From assembly GCA_965208325.1 (NCBI GenBank), contig OZ242326.1, positions 1,888,001 to 1,952,000 of the forward strand: a DNA stretch of 64,000 nucleotides, in the 5' to 3' direction. The notes beneath the pieces are model-generated. The model did no database searches, was not told where the DNA came from, and was given only the letters and a program-made list of their open reading frames with translations. Within the stretch, counting starts at the first letter, position 1. The number at the start of each line of letters is the position of its first letter. Source of the DNA: Candidatus Poribacteria bacterium (GTDB lineage Bacteria; Poribacteria; WGA-4E; PCPOR2b). Position numbers and translations under genes: made by a program. Shown in pieces: positions 1 through 9,854 of this stretch.

Positions 1-912
1 TTGCACATGGCGGCTGGGGAACGGGCAATTCTGCGGTTATCGAAAGAAATTACAAAACTCGAAGGCGTGTTGGTGCTGATTGACGAGGTGGAAGCGGGGC
101 TGCATCCTTGGGTGCAGCAGTTACTCATGGTGCATTTGCAGCAGTTGGCACTTCGCCAAGATCTTCAGATTATTGTGACATCCCACAGTCCCGTGGTTCT
201 CGAATCAGTTCCGTCAAATGGGAGAATTTTTCTCGACCGAGATGAGTTATCGGGTGAGGTCGTTGTGCGACCCGCATACCGCGATTTAATCCAGAATGCG
301 CTCTATGGACGCATCAATGAGGAGTTCAAACTTCTTTGTGAAGACGAGATTGCTGAAGGTGTTTTGCAAGGCATATTCGACGTTTTGGTACCTGAAGAGG
401 GAATCAGTATGGATTCGGTTCGCATCGGACGGGACACAGGAGCAGACCAATTTCCTGTACATGCCGAGACTTTAAGTAAATTCGGTCAGATTCAAGACAC
501 CGTCTTCATTCTTGACGGCGATCAGCGCGGCGGGGAAACACCGGGCAGGATACAGAATGCGGCTGGACCTGGTACAAATATTCCAATTCTGTTTCTTCCT
601 GGCAAAGAGGCGCCGGAGAGTTGGGTATGGGAAAGGCTGCGGCATATTCCTGAAGAGGATGCGTCACAACTGGGCTTAAATCGGGCAAGCCTGTCCAACG
701 TCATACGCAAGTTGGATGCCATCTATGACTCGGCATCTGACAGCGCTTCAGAAATAGCGAAGAACAAATTCCGGAGTCTGTCCGAAAGTCTTCGTAGAGA
801 GGCGCCGGAAATTTGTCGAATCGTCGCACGGTTGGAAGCAGATCGGAATGCGAGTGACATTCAACCGCTCGTTGGAGATTTACGCGGAATTCTAAGACTG
901 TGGCGCGGGTAA
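1..912 (+). CDS. ABC/AAA-type ATPase with C-terminal TOPRIM-like domain (OLD-like), 5'-truncated by the window edge
   Basis: Walker B/D-loop VLIDEVEAGLHP and H-loop IVTSHSP, then TOPRIM-like LLCED and FILDGD. Walker A is outside the window. Confidence 0.7.
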   Translation: MHMAAGERAILRLSKEITKLEGVLVLIDEVEAGLHPWVQQLLMVHLQQLALRQDLQIIVTSHSPVVLESVPSNGRIFLDRDELSGEVVVRPAYRDLIQNALYGRINEEFKLLCEDEIAEGVLQGIFDVLVPEEGISMDSVRIGRDTGADQFPVHAETLSKFGQIQDTVFILDGDQRGGETPGRIQNAAGPGTNIPILFLPGKEAPESWVWERLRHIPEEDASQLGLNRASLSNVIRKLDAIYDSASDSASEIAKNKFRSLSESLRREAPEICRIVARLEADRNASDIQPLVGDLRGILRLWRG

Positions 913-930
913 TCCGATGGAATTAGGGAC

Positions 931-3900
931 ATGAACACGGTAGGAAAAAAGGAATTCTTAACACAGCAGCGCGTGATTTCATTTTTCGTTCGCGAGCTCG
1001 GCTACGGCGGTCTTGGCAATCGCAAGGATCTTCCTAACAATAGCAACATTGAGACTGAGATTCTGACCAAATGGCTGAACAAGCATGGGTACAACGAACA
1101 AATTATTGAGAGGGCTTTATTTGAGGTAGACAAGGCTGCCGCGGTCGTCGGGAGCAGAAAGCTCTTTGACGCGAACCGAGAGGTTTACGGCTTGCTACGG
1201 TACGGAGTGAAGATCCAACCCGATGTGGGTGAACACCACCAGACCGTCCGCCTGATAGACTGGAAAAACCCGGACAACAACGACTTCGGCATCGCGGAAG
1301 AGGTAACCGTTTCCGGGGAAAACGACAAGCGGCCCGATATTGTGCTCTACATCAACGGAATTGCGATCGGAGTGCTGGAGTTAAAGCGTTCGACGGTGTC
1401 GGTTTCCGAGGGAATCCGACAAAACCTCGACAACCAGAAGCCGGAATTTATCCGCCCGTTCTTTTCGACGGTGCAACTCATCATGGCGGGGAACGAGACC
1501 GAAGGGCTGCGCTACGGCGTGATTGAGACCTCTGAGAAGCACTGGCTGCGATGGAAGGAAACCGACGAAATTGACGACCACGACCGCCCTTTGTTTCGCG
1601 AGTTGCGCCAATTCTGCAGCAGGGAACGGATGCTTGAAATTCTGCACGATTTTATCGTTTTTGATGCCGGAACCAAAAAAATCTGCCGGCATAATCAGTT
1701 TTTCGGCGTGAAATCCGCGCAGGCGCGCGTCAAGAAGCGAGAGGGCGGTGTCATTTGGCATACCCAGGGCAGCGGTAAGAGCCTGACAATGGTCTGGCTG
1801 GCGAAATGGATTCGCGAAAACGTGACCAACAGCCGCGTACTGATAATCACAGACCGCACCGAACTGGATGAACAGATTGAAAGGGTTTTCAAAGGTGTCA
1901 ACGAGGACATCCACCGCACTCGGAGCGGTCCTGACTTGGCAGCGACGCTCGCTGACCCGGCAAAATGGTTGATTTGTTCGTTAATGCAGAAGTTCGGCAG
2001 ATCGGGGGAAATCAGCGACGACGATGTGGATAGATACGTCAAGGAATTCAAACAGAATCTGCCGGCCGATTTTCACGTCCGCGGCGAGGTATTCGTCTTT
2101 GTGGATGAATGCCACCGCACGCAGTCGGGCAAACTGCATAGGGCGATGAAGACTATTCTGCCGGGGGCAATGTTAATCGGCTTCACGGGTACGCCGCTGC
2201 TCAAGCAGGACAAATCTCAAAGTATCGAAACTTTCGGCACCTACATTCATACCTACAAGTACGACGAGGCGGTTGAAGACAACGTGGTGCTTGACCTGCG
2301 CTATGAGGCGCGGGATATTGACCAGCACATCACATCGCAGGAACAGATTGATGAATGGTTCGATCTCAATACGCGCGGGTTGGCTGACGTGCCGAAGGCG
2401 CAGCTAAGACAGCGTTGGGGCACGATGCAGAAAGTTTTGAGTTCACAGGAGAGATTGAACCGGATTGTCGCAGATATTCTGATGGACATGGAGAGACGCG
2501 ATCGTTTAATGAGCGGCCGCGGCAACGCAATGCTAATATCCGACAGCATCTTCTCGGCATGCCGGTTTTTTGAGTTGTTTCAGGGAACGCCGCTGCAGGG
2601 CAAATGCGCTATCGTGACCTCTTACGATCCGTCCGTGTCTGACATCAAGGGAGAGGAAACGGGCGAGGGAGAGACGGATAAACAGTTCAAATTCCACACT
2701 TACCGAAAGATGCTCGCGCAACACTTTAACGAACCGGAAAACGCCGCGCTGAACAGGGCGAAACAATTTGAGGGTGAGGTCAAGAAGCGTTTTGTCGAGG
2801 AGCCGGAACAGATGAAACTGCTGATTGTCGTGGACAAGCTGTTAACTGGTTTCGACGCTCCGCCGGCGACATATCTCTACATTGATAAGCACATGCAGGA
2901 CCACGGCTTGTTTCAGGCAATCTGCCGAGTCAACCGCCTCCACGGCGAAGACAAGGAATACGGCTACATCATCGACTATAAAGACCTGTTCCGCACCCTA
3001 AACAAGGCAATCTCGGACTACACCGGAGAAGCCTTCGCCGGCTATGATACCGAAGACGTAAAAGGGTTGTTGGAAAACCGCCTTGAGAAAGCGCGGGAGC
3101 GGCTTGAGGAGGCACGCGAGGCCGTCAAGGCGCTCTGCGAACCGGTCGAACCGCCTCGCGACAGCGCGGCATATTCGCGTTACTTCTGCGCCGCCGAGAG
3201 CGGCAACGAGGCGCAGCTAAAAGCCAACGAGCAGAAACGCTTAAACCTTTACAAACTGGTTGCTGCATTACTGCGCGCCTATGCCAATCTGGCAAACGAG
3301 ATGAGTGAAGCGGGTTTTAGCGACGCGGCGGCAGAGGAAATCAAAGACGAAGTCGATCACTACGAGACGGTGCGTCAGGAGGTCAAGCTGGCGAGCGGCG
3401 ATTATATCGACCTGAAAATGTATGAGCCTGATATGCGCCATCTGTTGGATGCCTACATCAGGGCGGAGGAGAGCAGGACGCTCTCCGAGTTCGATGATCT
3501 GACGCTCGTGGATTTAATCGTCAAGCGCGGCGAAGGCGCTGTTGAGGCATTCCCCGGCGGGTTGAAGGGGAATCCTAAAGCGGCGGCAGCAACGATTGAC
3601 AACAACGTCCGCCGGTTGATTATCGACCGGACACCGGTCAATCCCATATACTATGAGGAGATGTCAAAGCTGCTTGATGCGCTAATCCAACAGCGCAAAC
3701 AGGAAGCAATTGAATACCAAACCTATCTGTCCCGCATTGTCGAATTGACGAAGCAGATTGATACATACGGCGCCCAGTCACCTTATCCGCCTGAAATCAA
3801 AAACGGAGCGCAGCGGGCATTATTCGACAACATAAAAATAACCAACATGTCGGAAATTGCAGAGACGCTAGGCCAGAACGAGAGCCCTCTCAGCCGAGAA

Positions 3901-4092
3901 ATCAGGGGGCAGATGTCAATTGCAGTAGACGAGGCTATTCTCAATTCAAGAGAGGATGATTGGAGAGGACATAGACTCAAAGAACGGAAAATACACAGGG
4001 CAATGGCTCGGGTCATCGCGGAAGAATTTGGCGATTACACTGTTGACGTTGATTCGCTCTTTGAGATTGTGAAAAAGCAGCGTGAGTATTGA
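931..4092 (+). CDS. hsdR: Type I restriction enzyme R subunit
   Basis: 1053 aa. PD-(D/E)xK motif RPDIVLYINGIAIGVLELK, Walker A HTQGSGKS, DECHR, GFTGTP, LTGFDAP and QAICRVNR. Confidence 0.96.
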   Translation: MNTVGKKEFLTQQRVISFFVRELGYGGLGNRKDLPNNSNIETEILTKWLNKHGYNEQIIERALFEVDKAAAVVGSRKLFDANREVYGLLRYGVKIQPDVGEHHQTVRLIDWKNPDNNDFGIAEEVTVSGENDKRPDIVLYINGIAIGVLELKRSTVSVSEGIRQNLDNQKPEFIRPFFSTVQLIMAGNETEGLRYGVIETSEKHWLRWKETDEIDDHDRPLFRELRQFCSRERMLEILHDFIVFDAGTKKICRHNQFFGVKSAQARVKKREGGVIWHTQGSGKSLTMVWLAKWIRENVTNSRVLIITDRTELDEQIERVFKGVNEDIHRTRSGPDLAATLADPAKWLICSLMQKFGRSGEISDDDVDRYVKEFKQNLPADFHVRGEVFVFVDECHRTQSGKLHRAMKTILPGAMLIGFTGTPLLKQDKSQSIETFGTYIHTYKYDEAVEDNVVLDLRYEARDIDQHITSQEQIDEWFDLNTRGLADVPKAQLRQRWGTMQKVLSSQERLNRIVADILMDMERRDRLMSGRGNAMLISDSIFSACRFFELFQGTPLQGKCAIVTSYDPSVSDIKGEETGEGETDKQFKFHTYRKMLAQHFNEPENAALNRAKQFEGEVKKRFVEEPEQMKLLIVVDKLLTGFDAPPATYLYIDKHMQDHGLFQAICRVNRLHGEDKEYGYIIDYKDLFRTLNKAISDYTGEAFAGYDTEDVKGLLENRLEKARERLEEAREAVKALCEPVEPPRDSAAYSRYFCAAESGNEAQLKANEQKRLNLYKLVAALLRAYANLANEMSEAGFSDAAAEEIKDEVDHYETVRQEVKLASGDYIDLKMYEPDMRHLLDAYIRAEESRTLSEFDDLTLVDLIVKRGEGAVEAFPGGLKGNPKAAAATIDNNVRRLIIDRTPVNPIYYEEMSKLLDALIQQRKQEAIEYQTYLSRIVELTKQIDTYGAQSPYPPEIKNGAQRALFDNIKITNMSEIAETLGQNESPLSREIRGQMSIAVDEAILNSREDDWRGHRLKERKIHRAMARVIAEEFGDYTVDVDSLFEIVKKQREY

Positions 4093-4816
4093 GATTGACG
4101 GCGGAAGTATAGAAGTTGCGGGGATACCGGTAGAAATCGTTCGCAAGGACATCAAAAACCTGCATGTCGGTGTATATCCACCGAGTGGGCGGGTTCGGGT
4201 AGCGGCGCCATTGCGCCTTGATGATGAGGCGGTGCGGCTCGCCCTGATTTCACGCCTTGGATGGATTCGACGCAAACAGGCGGAGTTTCAACAACAGGTG
4301 CGTCAATCTCAGCGCGAGTTCGTTACCGGCGAAAGCCACTATTTTGATGGACGGCGTTACCGGCTGGATGTAATCGAGCGAGACGCACCGCCAACGGTTA
4401 AACCACGAAACAACACGATACTTGAATTGGGAGTCCGCCCGAACACTGACTGGAAAGCGCGGGAAGCGGTGATTCATCGTTGGTATCGCCGCCACCTGCG
4501 TAACCAGTTGCCGCCACTCATCGGAAAATGGGAATCTAAGCTGGACGTGACCGTCGAAGACGCGCGAATCAAGAAGATGAAAACGCTTTGGGGCTCCTGT
4601 AACGTTGAGGCGAAACGGATATGGCTCAACCTTGAACTGGCAAAGAAACCGAAGTCATGCCTTGTGTACATCCTTGTGCACGAAATGGTGCATCTGCATG
4701 AGCGTCAGCATAACGACCGGTTTCACGAGTTGATGGACAAGTTTCTACCACAATGGCGCAGCTATCGGAATGAACTCAACCGTGCGCCGCTTGCCCATGA
4801 AGAGTGGCGGTATTGA
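4082..4816 (+). CDS. M48/YgjP (DUF45) family zinc metallopeptidase
   Basis: Motifs MKTLWGSC and YILVHEMVH (HExxH). Overlaps the hsdR end, a typical position for this family. Confidence 0.9.
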   Translation: MSIEIDGGSIEVAGIPVEIVRKDIKNLHVGVYPPSGRVRVAAPLRLDDEAVRLALISRLGWIRRKQAEFQQQVRQSQREFVTGESHYFDGRRYRLDVIERDAPPTVKPRNNTILELGVRPNTDWKAREAVIHRWYRRHLRNQLPPLIGKWESKLDVTVEDARIKKMKTLWGSCNVEAKRIWLNLELAKKPKSCLVYILVHEMVHLHERQHNDRFHELMDKFLPQWRSYRNELNRAPLAHEEWRY

Positions 4817-4880
4817 ATACAATCGGTGTCACAACGGCGACTAACCGGAGCGTGGTGGGATTGAATGGTGGGGTGGGATT

Positions 4881-5229
4881 GTCTGAACTGTGATTCGTGT
4901 GATTAAATGATGGGCTATGATTAGGGGAGCACATTGTCATTCGGTGTTGGCAGCTTTTGTGGGTTGGTAAGGCCAACAGCCAAAGGCAGTGTTTTTGGTA
5001 GTCGCGAGGTTTAAATGCTGAAGACTATCGCCTTCGCTATTCGCTCAGTTGATCGTTGGGTTTCGCTACACACTATTAGTAATGAGCAATGATTAGCGTA
5101 CTGAATGGTTAATTCAATCTGAACAGTTCCGGAATTATCCGCTCTACCCAACCTACATGAACTTGTCCACGAACTAAGATTAGGAGAAACCGAGTTTTGA
5201 AGAAAAAACTCGGTTTCAAATGAGTGCCG
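4881..5229. repeat. Composite REP-like intergenic repeat
   Basis: Contains CGTTGGGTTTCGCTACAC...CCGCTCTACCCAACCTAC and the hairpin GAAACCGAGTTTT-GAAGAA-AAAACTCGGTTTC (5186-5217). Segment 4997-5224 recurs at 6425-6663. Confidence 0.85.
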
Positions 5230-5291
5230 TGATTCGGAGATGGGGCTTAGCGAACTTACAAGAACTGGTATCTTAGTGAAATGATAATATT

Positions 5292-6257
5292 ATGCGCAGA
5301 GTGACGATTACGACGCCAGCCCGACTTCACTTTGCCCTTATTGATCTCAACGGTGCATTGGGTAGGATTGACGGCAGCATCGGACTGGCAATTGACGAGC
5401 CGAATTTTCAGATAGAGGCTGAACCGTCGAACCATGTGCAGGTCGAATCCGTTCATTATCAAGAACGCGCGCGCGGCGTTGTCGAACGGCTGCAGGCGAA
5501 ATTTGGGATAGGCGGGGTTAATCTCAAATTCCGATCCGAAATTCCCTATCACTCCGGATTCGGCTCCGGTACGCAGTTGGCTTTAGGGATTGCCCAGTCG
5601 GTGAACCTTCTGTATGACCTAGATTTAAGCGTGACGGAATTAGCGAGCGCAGTCGGGCGCGGCGGGACCTCGGGAATCGGGGTTGCGGCATTTGAGGGCG
5701 GCGGATTCATCGTAGACGGCGGGCATTCGTACCCGGACCAGAAATCCTCTTTTCTGCCGTCTTCGGCAGCGGAGCAGACGCCACCGCCGCCTACGCTCCT
5801 GCGCCATCCCTTCCCCGACTGGGATGTGCTCATCACCGTTCCAAATTGCACGCGGATAGCGGGTCTAACCGAGGTCAATCTCTTTCAGAAACTGTGTCCT
5901 CAACCCCGATCCACGGCTGAACAACTCTCCCACCTAATTCTGCTCAGACTTTTGCCAGCGATTTTCGAAGAAAATCTGGATGCATTCGGGGAAGCTGTCA
6001 ATTCCATTCAAAAATTTGGATGGAAGCAGGTCGAAATTGACGCGCAAGGCGAGGTACTGCGACAGACGCTGAATTTCTTATTGGACAACGGCGCAGTTGG
6101 TGCCGGCGTTAGCAGTTGGGGACCGGCGATTTTTGCATTCGGAGAAAATTTGATCGAATTGCGGGAAAAAACGCAAGCGTACGTTAAAGGCACGGCAGCC
6201 GGGGGGACTTGCTTCATTACGAAGGCGAATAATACAGGTGCGGGAGTTGAGATTTGA
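5292..6257 (+). CDS. mptG: Beta-ribofuranosylaminobenzene 5'-phosphate (beta-RFAP) synthase, GHMP kinase fold
   Basis: Motifs TPARLHFALIDLNG..GRIDG, HSGFGSGTQLAL, GRGGTSGIG..AF..GGFIVDGGH and SSWGP. Confidence 0.85.
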   Translation: MRRVTITTPARLHFALIDLNGALGRIDGSIGLAIDEPNFQIEAEPSNHVQVESVHYQERARGVVERLQAKFGIGGVNLKFRSEIPYHSGFGSGTQLALGIAQSVNLLYDLDLSVTELASAVGRGGTSGIGVAAFEGGGFIVDGGHSYPDQKSSFLPSSAAEQTPPPPTLLRHPFPDWDVLITVPNCTRIAGLTEVNLFQKLCPQPRSTAEQLSHLILLRLLPAIFEENLDAFGEAVNSIQKFGWKQVEIDAQGEVLRQTLNFLLDNGAVGAGVSSWGPAIFAFGENLIELREKTQAYVKGTAAGGTCFITKANNTGAGVEI

Positions 6258-6279
6258 ATTTGCGGTTGAACGCTTAATA

Positions 6280-7461
6280 CAACCTACAAGAACTTTGGAA
6301 GAACTATAAAAACTATCGCCTTCCCTATTCGGTCAGTTGATCCTCCTTCGTAAGGAGGGGGATGGAAGAGAGGAAGAAAAAACTGTCTTAACTGGGATTT
6401 GAGTGATTAAGAGAGCAAATAATTGGTGGTCGCGAGGTTTTAATGCTGAAGACCGTAGGAAAACTATCGCCCTCCCTATTCGGTCGGTTGATCGTTGGGT
6501 TTCGCTACACACTATTGGTAATGAGCAATGATTAGCGTACTGACCGGGCAGTGTTATCGGAACGGTTTCGGAATTTACCGCTCTACCCAACTTACAAGAA
6601 CTTGTCCACGCACTAAGATTAGGAGAAACCGAGTTTTGAAGAAAAAACTTGGTTTGAAATGAGGGTTGAGATTCGGTGTGTGCGGTTGAAATGAGCGCGG
6701 CAAGATGCCGCGCCTACGGGCGAAGGGTGTAGGTGGGGCAAGATGCCGCGCGTATTACCTAGGTGTGGCAAATTACGTTGCAAACGGTGGATATGTGCGG
6801 GGTGTGGCAATGTTGAAGAAACCGAGTTTTGAAGAAAAAACTCGGTTTTAAATGAGGGGCGAGATGCGGTACGTGCGGTTGATATAAGCGCGGCAAGATG
6901 CCGCGCCTACGGGCGAAGGGTGTAGGTGGGGCAAGATGCCGCGCGTATTACCTAGGTGTGGCAAATTACGTTGCAAACGGTGGATATGTGCGGGGTGTGG
7001 CAATGTTGAAGAAACCGAGTTTTGAAGAAAAAACTCGGTTTTAAATGAGGGGCGAGATGCGGTACGTGCGGTTGATATAAGCGCGGCAAGATGCCGCGCC
7101 TACACATCCCACCCCGTAGGCGCGGCGTCTCGCCGCGCGTATTTCTTAGGTGCGGCAAATTGCGTTGCAAACGGTAGATATGTGTGGGGTGTGGCAATGT
7201 TGAAGAAACCGAGTTTTGAAGAAAAAACTCGGTTTAGAATGAGGGCGAGATGCGGTACGTGCGGTTGAAATAAGCGCGGCAAGATGCCGCGCCTACGGGG
7301 GAAAGGTGTAAGTGCGGCATCTTGCCGCGCAGACTTCCTGCGTGTGGGAAGTTGCGTTGCAAACGTTGGATTTGTGCGGGGTATGGCAATGTTGAAGAAA
7401 CCGAGTTTTGAAGAAAAAACTCGGTTTCAAATGAGTGCCGCGAATCGGAGATTGCGCCTAC
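6280..7461. repeat. Tandem composite REP array, ~193-bp period
   Basis: GAAACCGAG hairpin starts at 6625, 6818, 7011, 7205 and 7397, interleaved with GCGCGGCAAGATGCCGCGCCTAC. Inverted REP doublets at ~7081-7138 and ~7274-7331. Confidence 0.9.
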
Positions 7462-7552
7462 AGAAGAAAGAACCTCCTTTCTCGTTGGTATGGCGGGGGA
7501 GGATGGATAACCGGTCGTTGGCAAGTATGGGTGGATAAAATTTGAGGGGCTT

Positions 7553-8809
7553 GTGGTGATGTCGAGGCGGAAGGGTGTACTGTTGCTGCTGCCCACGCGA
7601 ACGTACCGTGCAACCGACTTCTTGGCGGCGGCAGCGCGGTTAGAAATAGAGGTCGTGGTGGGTTCGGACCGCCCTCAAACGCTATCCGAATTGTCGCCCC
7701 GCAAGACGCTCACGCTCAACTTTCAGGACGCGGCAAAAGGGACACAAGAAATTGTCCGCTTTGCGAACGCATATCAAATTGATGCGATCATCGGCGTTGA
7801 CGACGACACGACTATGCTTGCGGCAACGGCGTCGAAAGCGTTGTCTTTTCCGCACAACAGTGTGGAAACCGCTTACGCCACTCGAAATAAATACCGTATG
7901 CGGAAGGCGCTAGCCGACGCCGGCATTCGCTCGCCCCGGTTCAATGTCTTTTCAACGGACGAAAATCCCGCGACGCTCGTGGATCAGATTGGCTTTCCGT
8001 GCGTTGTGAAACCCCTTTCTCTTTCTGCGAGCCGCGGTGTGATTCGCGCCGACGGACCGGATGAATTCGTCGGGGCATTTCGTCGGGTAGCCGCGATTTT
8101 GCAAACCTCAGACGTTGGCAATCGAGGCGATGCCGAAACGCAACAGGTGCTGGTTGAGCGTTACATTCCCGGGATTGAGGTTGCCTTGGAAGGCATTCTT
8201 TTGGGCGGCAAGCTCAAAACGCTTGCGATTTTTGACAAACCCGATCCGTTGGACGGCCCGTTTTTCGAGGAAACGCTATATATCACGCCTTCAAGGTTGC
8301 CAGACCATTTGCAGGAGGAAATCGCCGGCGTTACGGCGCATGCGGCGAAATCGCTTGGCCTGCTGGAGGGGCCTGTTCATGCAGAACTACGGTTGAATGA
8401 CGAAGGCGCATGGCCACTTGAGATTGCGGCGAGATCCATCGGCGGGCTTTGCTCGCGCACATTGGGCTTCGGCACAGGTATGTCGTTAGAGGAGCTAATC
8501 CTGCGACATGCGGTCGGTATGGAGGTTCAATCGTTGGAACGTGAAGCCGCGGCGGCGGGCGTCATGATGATTCCCATCCCCCGCCCTGGCATCTTGCGTG
8601 AGGTAAGAGGCAAATCGGAAGCCGAGCGGGTCACCGGCATTGAGGGCATTACCATCAGTATCCCGCTGGGACAAACGGTTGTTCCGCTCCCGGAGGGTTC
8701 ACGTTACCTCGGTTTCATCTTCGCGCGGGGGAATGCCCCCGCAGATGTCGAGCAGGCGCTTCGGGAGGCGCATGGACGGCTCGAATTTGTTATTGGTCAT
8801 CCTTCCTAA
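7553..8809 (+). CDS. ATP-grasp domain ligase (L-amino-acid ligase-like)
   Basis: Motifs TRNKYRMR, FPCVVKP..LSASRGV, LVERYIPG.E, HAELR and LEIAARSIGG. Confidence 0.85.
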   Translation: MVMSRRKGVLLLLPTRTYRATDFLAAAARLEIEVVVGSDRPQTLSELSPRKTLTLNFQDAAKGTQEIVRFANAYQIDAIIGVDDDTTMLAATASKALSFPHNSVETAYATRNKYRMRKALADAGIRSPRFNVFSTDENPATLVDQIGFPCVVKPLSLSASRGVIRADGPDEFVGAFRRVAAILQTSDVGNRGDAETQQVLVERYIPGIEVALEGILLGGKLKTLAIFDKPDPLDGPFFEETLYITPSRLPDHLQEEIAGVTAHAAKSLGLLEGPVHAELRLNDEGAWPLEIAARSIGGLCSRTLGFGTGMSLEELILRHAVGMEVQSLEREAAAAGVMMIPIPRPGILREVRGKSEAERVTGIEGITISIPLGQTVVPLPEGSRYLGFIFARGNAPADVEQALREAHGRLEFVIGHPS

Positions 8810-8837
8810 ATGACTCAATGTGGTGGGAACGCAGTTG

Positions 8838-9745
8838 GTGTAGGCGGGGCAAGATGCCGCGCATACGGGTGAAGGGTGTAGGTGCGGCAAATTGCGTTGC
8901 AAACGTTCGATTTGTGCGGGGTGTGGCAATGTTGAAGAAACCGAGTTTTGAAGAAAAAACTCGGTTTCAAAAGAGTGCCGCGCCTACAGGGCGACTAGCG
9001 GCGGGCGCAGGGAAAGATGAACCGCATACGGAGAGCGAAGAGCGCGGCAAGATGCCGCGCATACGGGTGAAGGGTGTAGGTGCGGCAAATTGCGTTGCAA
9101 ACGTTCGATTTGTGCGGGGTGTGGCAATGTTGAAGAAACCGAGTTTTGAAGAAAAAACTCGGTTTCAAAAGAGTGCCACGCTTACAGGGCAACTAGCGGC
9201 GGGGGCTGGGAAAGGTGAATCGCATACGGAGAGTGAAGAGCGCGGCAAGATGCCGCGCCTACGGAGGGGTGGCGGCACACGCACCGCAAGATACCGCGCC
9301 TACGGGTGAAGGGTGTAGGTGCGGCAAATTGCGTTGCAAACGTTGGATTTGTGCGGGGTGTGGCAATGTTGAAGAAACCGAGTTTTGAAGAAAAAACTCG
9401 GTTTCAAAAGAGTGCCACGCCTACAGGGCGCTGGTGGCGGGCGCAGGGAAAGTTGAATCGCATACGGAGAGCGCGGCAAGATGCCGCGCCTACGGGTGAA
9501 GGGTGTAGGTGCGGCAAATTGCGTTGCAAACGTTGGATTTGTGCGGGGTGTGGCAATGTTGAAGAAACCGAGTTTTGAAGAAAAAACTCGGTTTCAAAAG
9601 AGTGCCCCGCTTACAGGGCGACTAGCGGCCGGCGCAGGGAAAGATGAACCGCATACGGAGAGTGAAGAGCGCGGCAAGATGCCGCGCATACGGAGGATGG
9701 TGAGGTACGATACGCTGATTATCGGGACAGGGATGTCCCTCCCAC
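8838..9745. repeat. Tandem composite REP array (4 units)
   Basis: GAAACCGAG hairpin at 8937, 9135, 9374 and 9564, with CGGCAAGATGCCGCG and GCAAATTGCGTTGC modules. ATCGGGACAGGGATGTCCCTCCCAC at ~9721-9745. Confidence 0.9.
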
Positions 9746-9854
9746 AGTTTACACCATACCGAAATGAACAGTCGTTCATAGCCCCAGCAGAGACGTGTCT
9801 AACACCAGAGACTTGTCGGTAATCGTAAGCCAACGGGGGAAGGTGGCGGCGGAC

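Noticed and set aside
6625..9745. CRISPR array (regularly spaced 32-nt palindromic repeat)
   Set aside because: The intervening sequences are ~160 nt and largely repeated rather than unique, and no cas genes are seen in the window.
8818..9822. Multi-core graspetide (RiPP) precursor downstream of the ATP-grasp gene (repeated KKPSFEEK peptide)
   Set aside because: The peptide is the translation of a DNA palindrome. Most unit lengths (193, 194, 239, 190) break frame, there is no clear RBS or leader, and the ligase looks L-amino-acid-ligase-like rather than RimK-like.
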